Assembly (NCBI RefSeq): GCF_009914755.1
Contig: NC_060931.1
Reading direction: 5' to 3' (one strand)
Length of the DNA: 64,000 nucleotides
Source: the human T2T-CHM13v2.0 reference genome, Homo sapiens
Positions 24,807-38,600 of the stretch are shown piece by piece. The position numbers and the translations under genes were made by a program. The notes below the pieces were generated by a model that did not search any database, was not told the DNA's origin, and saw only the letters and a list, made by a program, of their open reading frames with translations. How positions within the stretch are numbered: position 1 is the first letter of the stretch; each line of letters begins with the position of its first letter.

Positions 24807-26651
24807 GTAAACAAATGATCGATTGTGAATGTCAGTGGTGGAAGTCAGAGAAGAGGCGTCTCAGCCATTTGGTTTGCAGGCAAGTCAGAGAGAGGGCACC
24901 CCCCGAAACCTGATAGTCTGTGCCTTCTGGTGACAGCCAACACCAGATGGGCAGGCAAATAGCCATGGGTCTGTGGGGTCTGCCATGTAAATATTAGCTG
25001 AAGCACCAGTAAGAAGTTCATTAGACAGAGAGAGAGAAAGAGAGAGAGAGGAAGCATCGTCCTCTTTTTCTGGGTCTGACAGAGTCCCAGGCAGAGCATT
25101 TTTGAGGCAATAAATGGAATGTGTCAGTATAGCTTGTTTCCAGTATTTCCTGACACACTTATACCCCATGTGCAGTGCCAATAAAATATTTCAAATATCT
25201 CTCTTTGCCTATCAAGACAGAATTTTAAATAGCCTTTTTCTGCTTTATTGTCAATCTGTTTCCTTTCCAGAACTGACTTTTTGCATAACCTTTGTAATGA
25301 AAATACCAGAAACATTTCTGCCGCTACCCATTTCTAAAAATGAGACATTCAGACTTTTGATGGATGGGCCTTTTGCCTATTCATAGCCTTTGTCTATGCC
25401 TCACATGGTTATGACTCCCCCCTCCTCTCCCCTCTCCCCATTTGCCATCAAGATATTTTATGTTCAAGATTTCTCCAAAAATGGGGAAAAGTGCAATTGA
25501 AGTAAAAGTCAAAATTAAAGCAAATGGCTGTGCACTGAGCAGAATCCTGGGGTTGAATTGTAGCCCATGACAGGTTTGTACCTCAAGAGACCCACAGCAG
25601 GCAGTACCCATTCAGAGCAGCATTCATTTATTCAACACATGACTATGGCATGTAAAATATTGGGGAAAGATTAACTGTGCTATGTGGCAATAAGCTTTTA
25701 AAATTGTGTTTGCAGCCAGGCATTAAGATACATAGTCCCAAGAGGCTGGGTTTAATCCTGATACCATAACCTGCCAGCAGTGTACCCCTCAGCTTTTTAC
25801 CTGGCTTTCTGAGCCTCAGTTTCCTCATCTTCAACATGGAGAAAAGAGTATAACACCGTTGTAGACTTAGCATGAGAACTCAATGAGATCATATGTTCAG
25901 GGATGGTATTCATATTTAACAACTGATAAAGCATAGGCATTGAAAAATCAGAAAAGATGTAATAAATGAATGAATAACAGAGTTTGCATCTAGACCCACC
26001 AAGGTTTAAGACATTTAATCCTCAACATTTTAAGGAAATTTACCCGAATAGTTTTTAGTAAGAAAGAGAGAAATTTACCTGAATACTTTTTAAATAAGAA
26101 AGAGAGAAGGAAGAGAAGGAAATGAAAGGGAAGGGAAGGAGCTAAAATATCCAATTACTCTTTTAAAATTTCTCCATACTTATTCATATCTGTAGATCTA
26201 GCCAAACTATATCCAGGCCATACTTAGAGTGTCCAAAGAAGACAAAAAGTTTCACTGTCTTGTGGCTTCTTTGAATCCTAACGGAATAGTTTCTTATACA
26301 AAATATATTCCAGTTTATTCATCAAGCATTCATTCAACAAATATTTATTAATTGCTGCTGAAGAGTTAAAAGATAAGGCACCTGTCAGTAAAGAGGTCAG
26401 AGAAGACATATGCAGAAATAATAACTAGATCATCTTTTAAATATGTTACTTAAACAAAAATGCTGTGGATATTAAGAAAATGAGAAAGAACACTCAGGAC
26501 TGGAGTTAATACAGATACATTTATGAAGATGGGAAGCTTTCCCCTAAGTTTAGTGGAAGGTTAGAGGGTGAGCAATGGCCAGAGTGAATATTTTGGGACA
26601 TCTGAAGTATATCAACTGTATCAGATGCTTTGCAAACATTAACAATTTTAG

Positions 26652-26667
26652 CTCTCTCTCTCTCTCT

Positions 26668-26711
<44 letters not shown>
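26652..26711 (+). repeat. Compound (CT)8-(CA)20 microsatellite in intron 2
   Basis: Read directly. Confidence 0.95.
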
Positions 26712-26713
<2 letters not shown>

Positions 26714-27764
26714 TTTAATATTAATATTATCTCCACTCTAAAGATTGAGAGAATATTAGTTTCTAGAAATGAAGGTGCAAGTTCTCAGAACTAGAAAATG
26801 ATAAGAGTCCATGTTTGAACTCAGATCAGCTTGACTCCATTTAACCGTTCAACATCCATTTATTGCAGGGAGAGGCAACTAAGAATAAAATTACAAAAAG
26901 ACTATAATCCTTAATCTCCAGAAAGGCTGTGTCTGGAGCAGCAGGTAAACCATTATGGAAGAGTGAACCATTGCTGAAACAATGACAGTGAAGTCCAAGG
27001 CAGAACACAAAGGATAGAGGAGTAAGAGGGAGCAGAGGAGAGACTTGAATGGGCAGGGCGTGATCAGATTGGATTCATTACCCGTAACGACTTCTGATAG
27101 ACTCGATGTAAAAGCCAGGCTTCAAAGCTCTGGTGGGGTAATGCAGAGGATTGAGAAAAGTAAATAAATGAGTCAGAAGACAGTAGGATCTTGAGTTAGG
27201 ATGGGCAAATAGGAGGGTTACAAAGCCAGGAACGGTGAAAAGACAAATACAAAACCCAAGGTCTGGATCACCAGGAGGATGAGACTGGCACAATGATGAA
27301 GGCAAGTGAGAAATTCACTGAGGACCGAGGGAACCTTTCTAAGATCGAGGGAGATTTAGGTTCCATACTGGCCCTTGGGGTCTCCAAAGAGAGCAAGTCT
27401 TGAGCAAAAAGAATGGAGGCGCGTTTAGCAGAGAGAACCTATTCTCCCCATCAGAAAGTTAACTCAAACCCACTCTGTGGCTTGCCGGACCATATTTTTT
27501 AAGTTTTTCTTTGCCTCGGTGATCCATCCATTTGAGTTTCCTTAATTTGGAGTTTTACAGCATTCTAGTTTTCGATTTTGTTATATGAATTTATGCAAGG
27601 CTAATAAAGTCCTTTGTGGAATAGGCCACAATAAATAAACACTTTTCCTTTTCAGGCCAAATCACCTCTGTCCTGTCATCAAGTGCAATTAGGAACCAAA
27701 CAGTTTGTGACTGGATCCTTAATCATGTTATATTCTTTATTTCTTTGTATCCTGTCAAAATTAG

Positions 27765-27917
27765 ATGATCTTTCAGACCAGTTCATTAAGGACTGTGATC
27801 TCAAAAAGAAGCCTAGAAAGGGAAAAAATGTACAGGCCACCCTGAATGTTGAGTCAGACCAAAAAAAACCAAGGAGGAAAGATACACCGGCGCTGCACAT
27901 CCCACCTTTCATACCAG
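27765..27917 (+). CDS. PPP1R17: PPP1R17 exon 3 (153 nt), aa 28-78, with the first KKPRRKDT68PALH PKG site
   Basis: Acceptor ttAG at 27763-27764, donor CAG|GTAATG, phase 1/1. Translates [51 protein letters not shown]. Confidence 0.96.
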
Positions 27918-28048
27918 GTAATGGACAAAGTCATCTGCACAGCTCTAAAGGAGAGCCACTTGCCACTAGGTTGCATTGGTCGTACACATTTTTCCTCAAA
28001 TATTCAGGTATTTTAAAGTAATTTGTGCACTCCCCACCTCTGTATCTC

Positions 28049-28454
28049 TGTATTAGTTACAATATAGCAAGCTGCTATAACAGATACATTCTAAAATATT
28101 AGGGGCTTAATACAATAAAAGTTTATTTTTTTACCTACCAATAGTGAAACCATGGGGTGAGGAGGCAAGCTCTGCTTCAAAGAGTCATTCAGGGACCCGG
28201 TCTCATGTGTTTTGACATCATAAACACATGGTGAGCAAAGTCACCACAAGCTTCCACAGTCACGATGAGTACCAAGGTCCAGCAGGCATGGGAGGTAGAC
28301 AGAGTGGAGGACTGACAGGGAGATTTACGTGAACCAGGCCTTCATCAGTCACGAGGCCTCACCAGACAATGAGGTAAGCTGGGAAATGAACCCAGCTCAA
28401 TGCCCAAGAGAAAAGCAAAGCAGTCTGCTGAACAGCTAACATGTCTCTGTAACA
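28049..28454 (-). mobile_element. MLT1-type MaLR LTR in intron 3
   Basis: tgtattagttac...gctgctataacaga...ggcttaatacaataaaagtttattt...gtcattcagggaccc. Confidence 0.7.
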
Positions 28455-29259
28455 CCCTTGGATGTGATGCATGACATTCTCTTATTCTTCAAAGTTTTGC
28501 CTTGTTTTGCTTTCTTTTCTCCCTCCCTCTTTGTCACTAATTTACTGTCATCTCTGTTCACAACACACCTTGAGGGTTGCAAAACAAATGAAACATAGAT
28601 CTTTCTGGGAATGATCTTTCAGTTTTCTAAGAAATAACAACAGCACATAATAGCTGAAATATGCAGTAAGAAGTGACATCATAAGGGAGTTCTTAAAAAG
28701 GACTGTTGGAGCTCAGTGTGGGTAGTGAATTGTGGAAAATTTTATGCAAGAGGCTGTTTTTAGAGAGTTACTCAATAATGGAGAAAAATTTCACTGTAGC
28801 ATAGAGGTGAGAAAGCAGGAGGGCGGAGGTATCAGGGTGGAAGTGTGCAGACGCAGCTTGCAATACATCAGATGAAATCCTCTGGCTGAAGAGGATGAGA
28901 TTTGGAGGCAGAAAAACTTGGGCTCAACTGCTCTGTGACACCTATGAGCTGTAATACCCTGGGCACATTTCTTTGCCTGACTTCCCTCAGCTTTGTGATG
29001 GTGGCCATAATACTAAATTCCTCAGGGTTTTAGTGAAGCTAAAATAAAATCAAGCATGCAAAACCTTTTGTATAGACAAGGTTCCTAGTGGAGCCTCAAT
29101 AAATACTAATGCTTCTTATGAAAAGTCTTGCTTTATTAAAGTAAGTTTGGAAAGCTATATTGACTGTCTTCACCAGATGTCTATAAATATGCACAGTCCT
29201 CATATATTAGGATATATGTATTTGATCCTGTTTCTCTCTGTGTTCCCCTAACCATGCAG

Positions 29260-29412
29260 GTGTGTTTTCAGAACATTTAATTAAAAGATACGATGTTCAA
29301 GAGAGACATCCAAAGGGCAAAATGATCCCTGTTCTTCATAACACTGACCTGGAACAGAAAAAGCCAAGGAGAAAAGACACACCTGCCCTGCACATGTCCC
29401 CCTTTGCAGCAG
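29260..29412 (+). CDS. PPP1R17: PPP1R17 exon 4 (153 nt), aa 79-129, with the second KKPRRKDT119PALH PKG site
   Basis: Acceptor tttctctctgtgttcccctaaccatgcAG, donor CAG|GTAAAA, phase 1/1. Translates [51 protein letters not shown]. Confidence 0.96.
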
Positions 29413-31880
29413 GTAAAAAAGCTGGTGCAGGGCATTTGCAGGGGGTGATGGGGACAGGTCAAGAACCTTACCATCTGGAGGTCCCCAGGGCCTGGCCGTT
29501 GTCCTGCCCCAGCAAGCTGCGTTGTCCTGAAGTGCTCTGGGGAGAAGCCACACTCAGTGCTACCTTTTAGGTTTATCTCTACTAGTAGCTCCCCAGGGGC
29601 TGATGTGGGGATGGGAAAGGGTCAGAGCATTACTCATGCCTCAGCAGAGCTGGTTGAATTCACTGAGCCAACGGAATAGAAATGTCAGTGGGTCCTTGAG
29701 AAGAGCTGGAATGCCCTCCTCCCAAGGCTTCCACGGATTTTGCGTCTTATGGCTGGTTCTCCTGAGACACTTGGACTAATTGGCCAAATCCTCAAAATGA
29801 GAGACAGAAAAAGAGATGCAGAAATAAGGATAGCTATCTGAATGTGTGTCAAATCAAACAAAAAAAATCATACTGAACTATGAGCACAGCCCCAGTCTGT
29901 AAAGGAGCTGCTCTGTGAGATACAGTCCTTGTCTCTGAGAAGTACAAGTTGGGGAATAAGACACGTATATTCATGGCTAGAGTATGACTCTGTGTGTATG
30001 TGTGTATTTTATACAGATTGTTGTGTTGGGGAAGTGACGGAGGGGAAAATATGCTAATGTTTTTGAGATCCTACTAAATGTTAGGCACTCAGTTTATCAT
30101 GTCTCATGGATTTTTATAAATTAACTGACTAATATAATAGAGAGGCTATTATCTCGTTTTGCAGACTAAGAAACAGAGAATTTAATTAACTTACTCATCT
30201 ACTTTAAAGTCTTATGTGGATACAATTGATAGATAGATGGCTAACTAGCTAATTGGTTGGATCAAAGATGAGATGACTAGATGGACAAATGAACAGATAA
30301 AATTATGATCAAGATCAAACACTAAAATGTGGCAGAATTGGGGCTCAAACCTAGGTCTATCTCACCTTTGGGCAGTTTTTCACTAATCTGTGCTGTGGTT
30401 TGGAATCTTAGCATTATAGGAACAGAAGAAACACTCTGGGGAGAAGATAAAATTTGGCTGTTGTTATAAAACTATATTTCCCCACTGTTTCATTTAATAA
30501 AGAAAAAAATTGAAAAAACAGCTCAGAAGAAGACATCACGACAGAAACAGTCAGGGGCTTAAGATCCCCAGCCACATTAGAGGCTCTGGTTCTATGCTCC
30601 ATGGGATTTGTGTTCTCTGCACTTCTGTCCTTGTTCCTCCACCTCTTCTTCTCTTCCCACTTCCAATTACCTCTATCTATCCCTTCGTCTTCACCACTTA
30701 CCTGTATACCAAGATGAATGGTGGGTTTTTGACCCCACCTGGTCATGCCAGGGACAACTCTCCCTCAGTTTCTTTCACACACACACATTTCTACATACCA
30801 GCTTTTCTAAGCACTGACTACATGCAAGCTTCTGAGATCATGCACATGTGCTAAAAGTACAAGGAGTTTAGGACATGCAGAAGTCTAATCTTCAAACTGT
30901 CTTCATTCTTTTAACAAATATTTACTGAGTACTTGTCACATCCTGGGCTCTGTTCTAGGCAATGGTACAGGAAGAAAGTCAATAACCATATAGATTAATA
31001 CATAATAGAAAGTCTGCTAGGGATAAATGCTGTGAAGAAAATAAATCTAGTTAGATGAAGAATGGGAGATAGAAATTGCTTCTTTAGATTTCCAAGGTGC
31101 ACAGGAAATCCTTTCCGAGGAAGAGATATTTAAGCAGAGACCTCAGGAAAATGTGGGTGTGTCATGGGGGTAACTGAGCAGAGTAGTTGAGGCAGAAAAG
31201 ACAAATCCAAGAGTCCTAAGGCAGTGATATCTTTAGCTTTTGCTCAGTCAATATTTATTGAGTGCCTACTATGTGCCAGGCACAGCTCAAGTGCTGGGCA
31301 TACACTGGAAAACAAACCCCAAAGAAAAAGTCCTTGCTCTCATGGTGTTTATATTCTAGGTGGGAGAGATAATTAAATATTTGGTGCTAAAGCAGGGAAA
31401 AGGAGGTTTCTCTAAAACTGACAGTCAGGCAAATTGGACACCAGAAGATGACTTGCTCAGAAAGAGGAAAGGTTCTGAGGACTGCCTTTATTACTTCCCT
31501 GGGCAGGATCTGTTGGCCCTCAGTAACATCCTGCATCAGCCCTTACCTCATTTAACACTGAGTCAACTGTGATGGCCCATCACAGCTCTTTTACCTCACT
31601 GGGACATGAAGGGTAATGCTGTTCCTGTTTTCTAACAGAGAGGGGAGCAAGCTAGCACGGTCTCCCGTGAAAGGGCCTTCACAGAGGATTTTTTGGCAGT
31701 ATTCTGTCTTCTTTCAGAGCAGTTTTAATATTGGTCAAGGGGTCCAGAGATCTTGGAATAACTAATTTAAGAATAATAGACAACAGTCACAATTTGTTAA
31801 GTTTGATTGCTTCCCAAGGGAAGAAGGAATTGTTACATGGTGATATTTCCATACTAGAGGTTTGCAGTGTTAATGGAATA

Positions 31881-34303
31881 TAGGCCTACCTCATTCCATT
31901 TCTCTTCACTTTTTTGTGCTTTTCAGATATTGGTGGTTTTTTTTTTAACCAAATTGGATGTTTGTGGTAACCCTGCATCTAGCAAGTCTATTTTTCCAGC
32001 AGCACCATTTTTTCAATAGCATGTGTTAACTTCATGTCTCTGTGTTGCATTTTAGTAGTTCTTGCACTGTTTAGAATTTTATTATTATTATTATCATTAT
32101 TATATCTTTTATGGTGATCTGTGATCAGTGATGTTTGATGTTACTATTGTAATTGTTTTGGGGTGCCACAGACCTCGCCCATATAAGACTGTTAACTTAA
32201 TCTATAAGTGGTGTATGCGTTCTGTCTGTTCCACTGACAAACAATTCCCCTGTCTCTCTCCCTCTCCCCTGGCTTCCCTATTCCACGAGACACAAAGATA
32301 TTGAAATAAGGCCAATCAATAACCCTACAGGGGCCCCTAAGTGTTCAACTGAAAGGAAGAGTTGCACATCTCTCACTTTAAATCAAAAGCTAGAAATGAT
32401 TAGGCTTAGTGAGAAAGACATGTTGAAAGCCAAGATAGGCTGAAAATTAGGTCTCTTGTACCAACGAGTTAGCCAAGAACCAGGTTGTGAATGCAAAGGA
32501 AAAGTTCTTGAAGGAAATTAAAAGTTCTACTCCAGTGAACACAGGAATGATATGGAAGTGAAACATCCTTATTGTTGATACGGGGAAAGTTTCAGTGGTC
32601 TGGATAGATTACACCAGCCATAACCCTTCCTTAAGCCAAAGCCTAATCCAGAACAAGGTCCTTACTCTCTTCAGTTATATGAAGGTTGAGAGAGGGGAGG
32701 AAGCTAGCAGAGAAGAAAAGTTGGAAGGTAGCAGAATTTGATTCATGATATTTAAGGAAAGAAGCCATCTCCCATAAAAGTGCAAAGTGAAGCAACAAGC
32801 GCTGATGTAGAAACTGCAGGAAGTGATCCAGAAAATCTAGCTAAGATAATTGGTGAGAGTGGCTACACTAAACAATAGTTTCTTAATGTAGATGAAACAG
32901 CCTTCTATTGGAACAAGATGCCATCTAGGCCATTCATAGCTGGAAAGGAGATGTCAATGCCTGGCTTCAAAACTTCAAAGGACAGGCCAACTCTCTTGTT
33001 AGGGGATAATGCCCCGGTGACTTTAAGTTGCAGCCAATGCTCATTTACTATTCTGAAAATCCTAGGGCCCTTATGAATTATGTTAAATTGAAGCTGCCTG
33101 TGTTCTGTAAATGGAACTACAAAGCCTGGATAAAGGCATACACGTTTACAGCATAATTTACTGAATAATTTAAGCCTACTGTTTAGACCTACTGCTCCAA
33201 AAAAAGACCCTTTTCAAATTATTACTGCTCATTAACAATGTACCTCATCACCCAAGAGCTCTGATGGAGGCACACAAGGAGATTAATGTTGTTTTCATGC
33301 CTGCTAATGTAGCATCTATTCTGGAGCCCCTGGATTGAGGAGTTACTTCGACTTGCAAGTCTTGTTACTTAAGAAATACATGTTTTGCAAACCTAGAGCT
33401 GCTATAGATAGTGATCCCTCTGATGGATCTGGACAAAGTAAACTGAAAACCTTCTGGAAACAATTTGGTATTCTAGATGCCATTAAGAACATTTGTGACT
33501 CAAGGGAGGAGGTCAAAATATCAAAAATAGCAGGAGTTTGGAAGAAGTTGATTCCAACCTTTATGAATGAGTTTGAGAGGTTCAAGACTTCAGTGGAGGA
33601 CGTAACTGCAAATGTGGTAGAAATAGCAAGAGAATTAGAATTAGAAGTGGGGCCTGAAGATATGACTGAATTGCTGCAATCTAATGATAAAATTTGAATG
33701 GATGAAGAGTTGCTTCTGATAGATCAGCAAAGAAAATGGTTTCTTGAGATGAAATCTACTACTGGCGAAGATGCTGTGAACATTGTTGAAATGACAACAA
33801 AGGGTTTAGAATATTATGTAAACTTAGTTTATAAAGTAGCAGCAGGGTTTGAAAGGATTGACTTGATTTTGAAAAAAGTTCTGCTGTGAGTAAAATGCTC
33901 TCAAGCAGCATCACATACTAGAGCAAACTCTATTGTTAAAGGAAGAGTCCATCAATGCAGAAAACTTCACTGTCATCTTGAGAGATTGCCACAGCCACCT
34001 AACCTTCAGCAACCACTACTCTGATCAGTCAGCAGCCGTCAACATTGAGGCAAGCCTCTCTAAGACTCAGTGAAGACTCAGATAATCATTAGCAATTTTT
34101 AGCAATAAAGTATTTTTAAATTAAGCTATGCTCATTATTTTTAAAGACATAATGCTATTTCACATTTAGTAGGCTACAGTATAGTGTAAGCCTAACTTTT
34201 ATGTGCAATGGGAAACCAAAAAATTTGTATGGCTCTGTTTATTGTGATACTTGCTTTATTGCAGTGATCTGGAAGAACCTGCAAGATCTCTGAGTTATGC
34301 CTG
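31881..34303 (+). mobile_element. Full-length Tigger1 DNA transposon fossil (~2.4 kb) in intron 4
   Basis: TIRs taggcctacctc / gagttatgcctg, TA target duplication on both sides (31879-31880, 34304-34305). ORF fragments 33335-33889 ([32 protein letters not shown]) are Tigger1/TIGD1-like transposase. The start ATG is mutated (GGG at 32330) and there are internal stops. Confidence 0.93.
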
Positions 34304-37300
34304 TAATAAAATTTTTTAGAAGTCCTGCAAAAGGAATCATTTTGACTTTGTATAACCCAGATCTGATCTATTTTCCATGGATCTTTTTCTGGTACTACCT
34401 ATTAGTCTTATTAGTTTAGTCATTCTACAGGTTATGCTATGATATGGGAAATTCTGCCTTAGAATTGTGATATGGCTTAAATCAGCTTTTCACCCTTATT
34501 TATTTTTTTTTTTTGCCTCTACCAATAGATTGTTGTTCCCAAATAAGACAAGAAGAAAATAGAAGCATAGGCAGGGTCACATGTTTTCAGACTTGCTAGG
34601 AAGGAGCAGAGCTAGATAGGGTGGTGCAGAGCATGAGGAGTAATGGAGAAATGGTCCAAGGACCGGGGGAGGCTCTGAACTTCCCTCATCTGTGTTTCTC
34701 ATAGGTTAAGTTAAATCCTACCTAGGTTAATCCTCTACTCCATCACATGCTTTCCCTCAAGCTCTGCCACTGTCCAGGTCCCAATTACCTTTCAGTAGTC
34801 AGCCAGCTCGAAGCCTCTGCTATCAGACCCCTTCAGGTCCAAAATGACTCTTTTCTATTCTTAACTAACTCTGTATTAGTCACAGCATGCAAATACCCAA
34901 AACTTTGTCATCTCTTTTAGTATTGTCTTTATTCTTCTTGTTGCCTGTATTGTCGCTGCTGCTTAAATTGACTTACATCAACAACTTGCATGATGAATTC
35001 ATGAGGACTGGCTGTGACTGCCTTATGTTTCTGGTATTGATCTTGATATCTAGTCCAATCATTTCTACATAGCAATACTCACTACATATATGCTGGTTTG
35101 ATGTTTTATCTGGCAATCACAATTTTGCAATACCTGATGGAGACTGATTATTTTCTGTTCGTGCTTGTATCTGTTTTTATTGAAGACCTTCTAGGAGAAG
35201 ACTTGGTAGAAAAACAAAAATATTTATGGGCAGGGAGTCATCCCAGTATACGAAATTGAACATGGTCTTTGGATTCACAAAGGTCTAGGTTTCATCCCTG
35301 GTTCTGCTCCATACTAGCTTTGTGACCCTGGACAATTAACATAAACTGTAAAAGCTTTCTTCATTTTGCCCATAAATCTAAAAGGGGACCATAAATATGT
35401 CTCCCAGGGCTGTTAACACAATTAAATAAAGTACATAAACTACTTGGCAGAGCTCTTGGCTATCAAAAACTCTCAACAAATGTTAGTTCCTTCCATTCTC
35501 TGTTCAATCTTATATTCTTTGAGATAAATCAAACCATTTCTGAAGGTGAGGATTGTCTAAGCCACAGCATTTTACTTCTCTGTATAAACCTGCTGATTCA
35601 AGGAACAGCCTAACGGGTTGAGCTCTGTTTACCTGGCATGAGTGCTGCCTACATCCCAATATCTACATCCTAAGAGAGTAGCTTCCCTATTGAATCAAAA
35701 ATGTTTATCAAACAACACAGCGTAAACAAGAGTTGGGGTGGGAAGGGGGAGAGGTTGTATAACCATAGCCTCTGTATGCATTATGGAATTCCTTGAATCA
35801 GCAAATCTCTATATCATAAGTAAGTGCAATTACAGATATTGTGTGATTCTAGCTTTCATTACCATATTAGCTGAAGTACTTTATTTTTGAAGCGCCTTTT
35901 AGTAGCTAAAGATTTGGCAGTAATCAAAATGGTAGTTAAGCTGATAAGGATAGAGCCTTCGGCAGATGTTCAGAAGGACTCACATTGGTTCTAATAAGGG
36001 TGTTGAGAGAAACTCGCAGACAAATACACTCTGGAGACATCTCTCATTAGCCCTTGGCAAGTGAAAACTGGACAAGGATCCAGTCTCTCTTCTAAATTTC
36101 TTGCTAACTACCTTCACTCCCCTTAGTTAATGAGCTTACTTGACAGGTTCCAACTGCGAGCACAGCCCTTCAAAGGGGTCATCTCAAGCTTCTCTGACAG
36201 ACCCAGGCTTGCTCCCAGCTTAGCCTACAGTTGCCAGGGGCCCTCATCGCAGTGACTGCATGGCAGAAAGCATTGGTTCTGACTAGTCAGATCTGGGTAA
36301 CCAAGGCCTGCTTAAGAGTGAAAAGAAGTCTTATTAGAGGTTTGTCACAAATGGAACCATGAAAAAGGAATAATGAGGCTGGAAGCATCAAAGAGAATCC
36401 TCCTGGAAAATTGTCCATGAGCTGTGGACATTTGGGCAGTTTGGGACATCGAAGATCAAAATCCTGCACTTCTACACTAGAAAGGGATCAGGATGTCCAT
36501 TGAAAGTGACACATATTCTGTCTTGCCAGGAATAGAACTTTCTCTCTAGTGTGATTTATCAGAAGACGTGGTGTCCTAGCCCTGGCTCCCTGAGACCGCA
36601 ATGTAATGTGCATGAACTATTTTAGATGGGGCTCTGGGTGGGATTGTGCTGTAAAACAGCTTGCTTCAAAGCTGATTGGCCCTTGGAGACTTTGGACTGG
36701 CAGTCTTGGTCTTAAAACCCACTAAGCTCTTACAAGCAGCCAAGTTCCCTAAACTCTTCTGTATAGAGAGAGGACGAAGGGAAGGAAATGACATTTGCTA
36801 AATCCCTACTGCATTCTAAGTCTTGTGCCAGATGTTAGCATATCCTTAGAGAATCTCACGGTTCAATAGCGGAGAAGGATGTATTGTCCAGTGATTCCTA
36901 CAATGTGAAATATGCGGTAACAGAGGTTCATGTAGGTTGTGGCTGCAGCCACAATGTAGGCCTAAGTCTATTTGGGGACATCACACACTGTGGAAGATAC
37001 AAATTACTTTTTCTCCAATTTTACGGGTGAATAAACTGAGGCTCAGGTAGGTTAAGTGAGTGCTCAAGGCTTAATGATCACCATAGGCAAAGCTTTCTGG
37101 CTTCAGGGTCTGCATATCCCTTTAATGGTGCACCTCTGCTTCCCCTGAAAGCATGAGGGTCAGAAGGAGGTTAAACCAGACCAGTGCTTCCCAAACCCAG
37201 GCCATCTTCATGTCACCAAGGCATCAAGAACAAGAATGCAGTCGTGACATGTAGATACTCCTGACTTAAGGCTCATCCTAAGCAATGATATCCATGAAAT

Positions 37301-38265
37301 CAAGATTTCTATGAGCTACCACATATTTTTTCATTATAAGACATTAAAATTAATTCTTAACTGTATTAATATAAAATGCTGGTTCACCCTCTACTTGAAA
37401 TTATCTCCTGTGCTCTTGTGGACAGCCCAGCCTACTTTGAGAAGGGCTGGCTGTGATGATTTAACAGGCTTTTCTTATTCCTGAAATCCCAGGAACTTTT
37501 GGGGAGTCAGCAAGGAGCAGATTCTCATATGATTAAGTTTCCAGGGTACCAAAAGTAACCAGAAAGTTGATCTGGATTTGGGAACTTAAAGGCTCTTGCC
37601 CACTTTGAATCAACTCAATTTTGGCTTAATGTGAAGAGATATCAAGCAAGGATGGATGGAAAATTTTGGGGCTCAGCATAGCTAACTCTATGTTCTCCTG
37701 CCATGCTAGCCTTAATTCCAAACAGAAATCCAAATCTCTGTGCAGCTGGTGTACGAGAAATATCTCCCACTGTGTTTCATAAGTGATTTATGCAAAAGCT
37801 GTAGTTTCAGCCAGACTCTTGAAATTGTTTTTCTCCTCCAATAAATACCAGCTAATTGGTAAAGAACCCATGTGAACAAACTAGGAACTGAAACAAATGA
37901 ATAGTCATTAAGATCAACACATAGTTTTCATTAATTTACTGCTGTTGAATGGAGTCCAGTGTGGTAGAAAGGCCTCTTGTGGTGCACAGCTTCTCTTTCT
38001 CAAGTGTAGATCTTTATGAAATGCTTCATGGACTGGAAGGCGTCTCATTATGAGAAGGAAGGAGGCAGTGCGAGGCAGTGGTGGGGAAGCTGGCTGGAGT
38101 GGGATGACAGGGACCATGGAGGACTGGCCTTCCATCGCAGCTTCCTTTGACCTTACATTAAAATGACCTTACTTTACACTTCACAGGATGAGCAGAACCA
38201 TGTGGCCCTTCTTGGCTGGTCCTTTCTGGGGTGATCAGTCCAGAAAATTGTGCTCAGACTTCTGA

Positions 38266-38600
<335 letters not shown>

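Noticed and set aside
24807-24913. ORF-track extensions of PPP1R17 exons (24722-24913, 27683-28021, 29262-29570)
   Set aside because: These read past GT donors or AG acceptors into introns; only the spliced parts give the 155-aa protein.
33335-33889. Transposase-like ORFs as a domesticated TIGD-type gene
   Set aside because: They are fragments of a Tigger1 fossil with a mutated start codon, stops and frameshifts.
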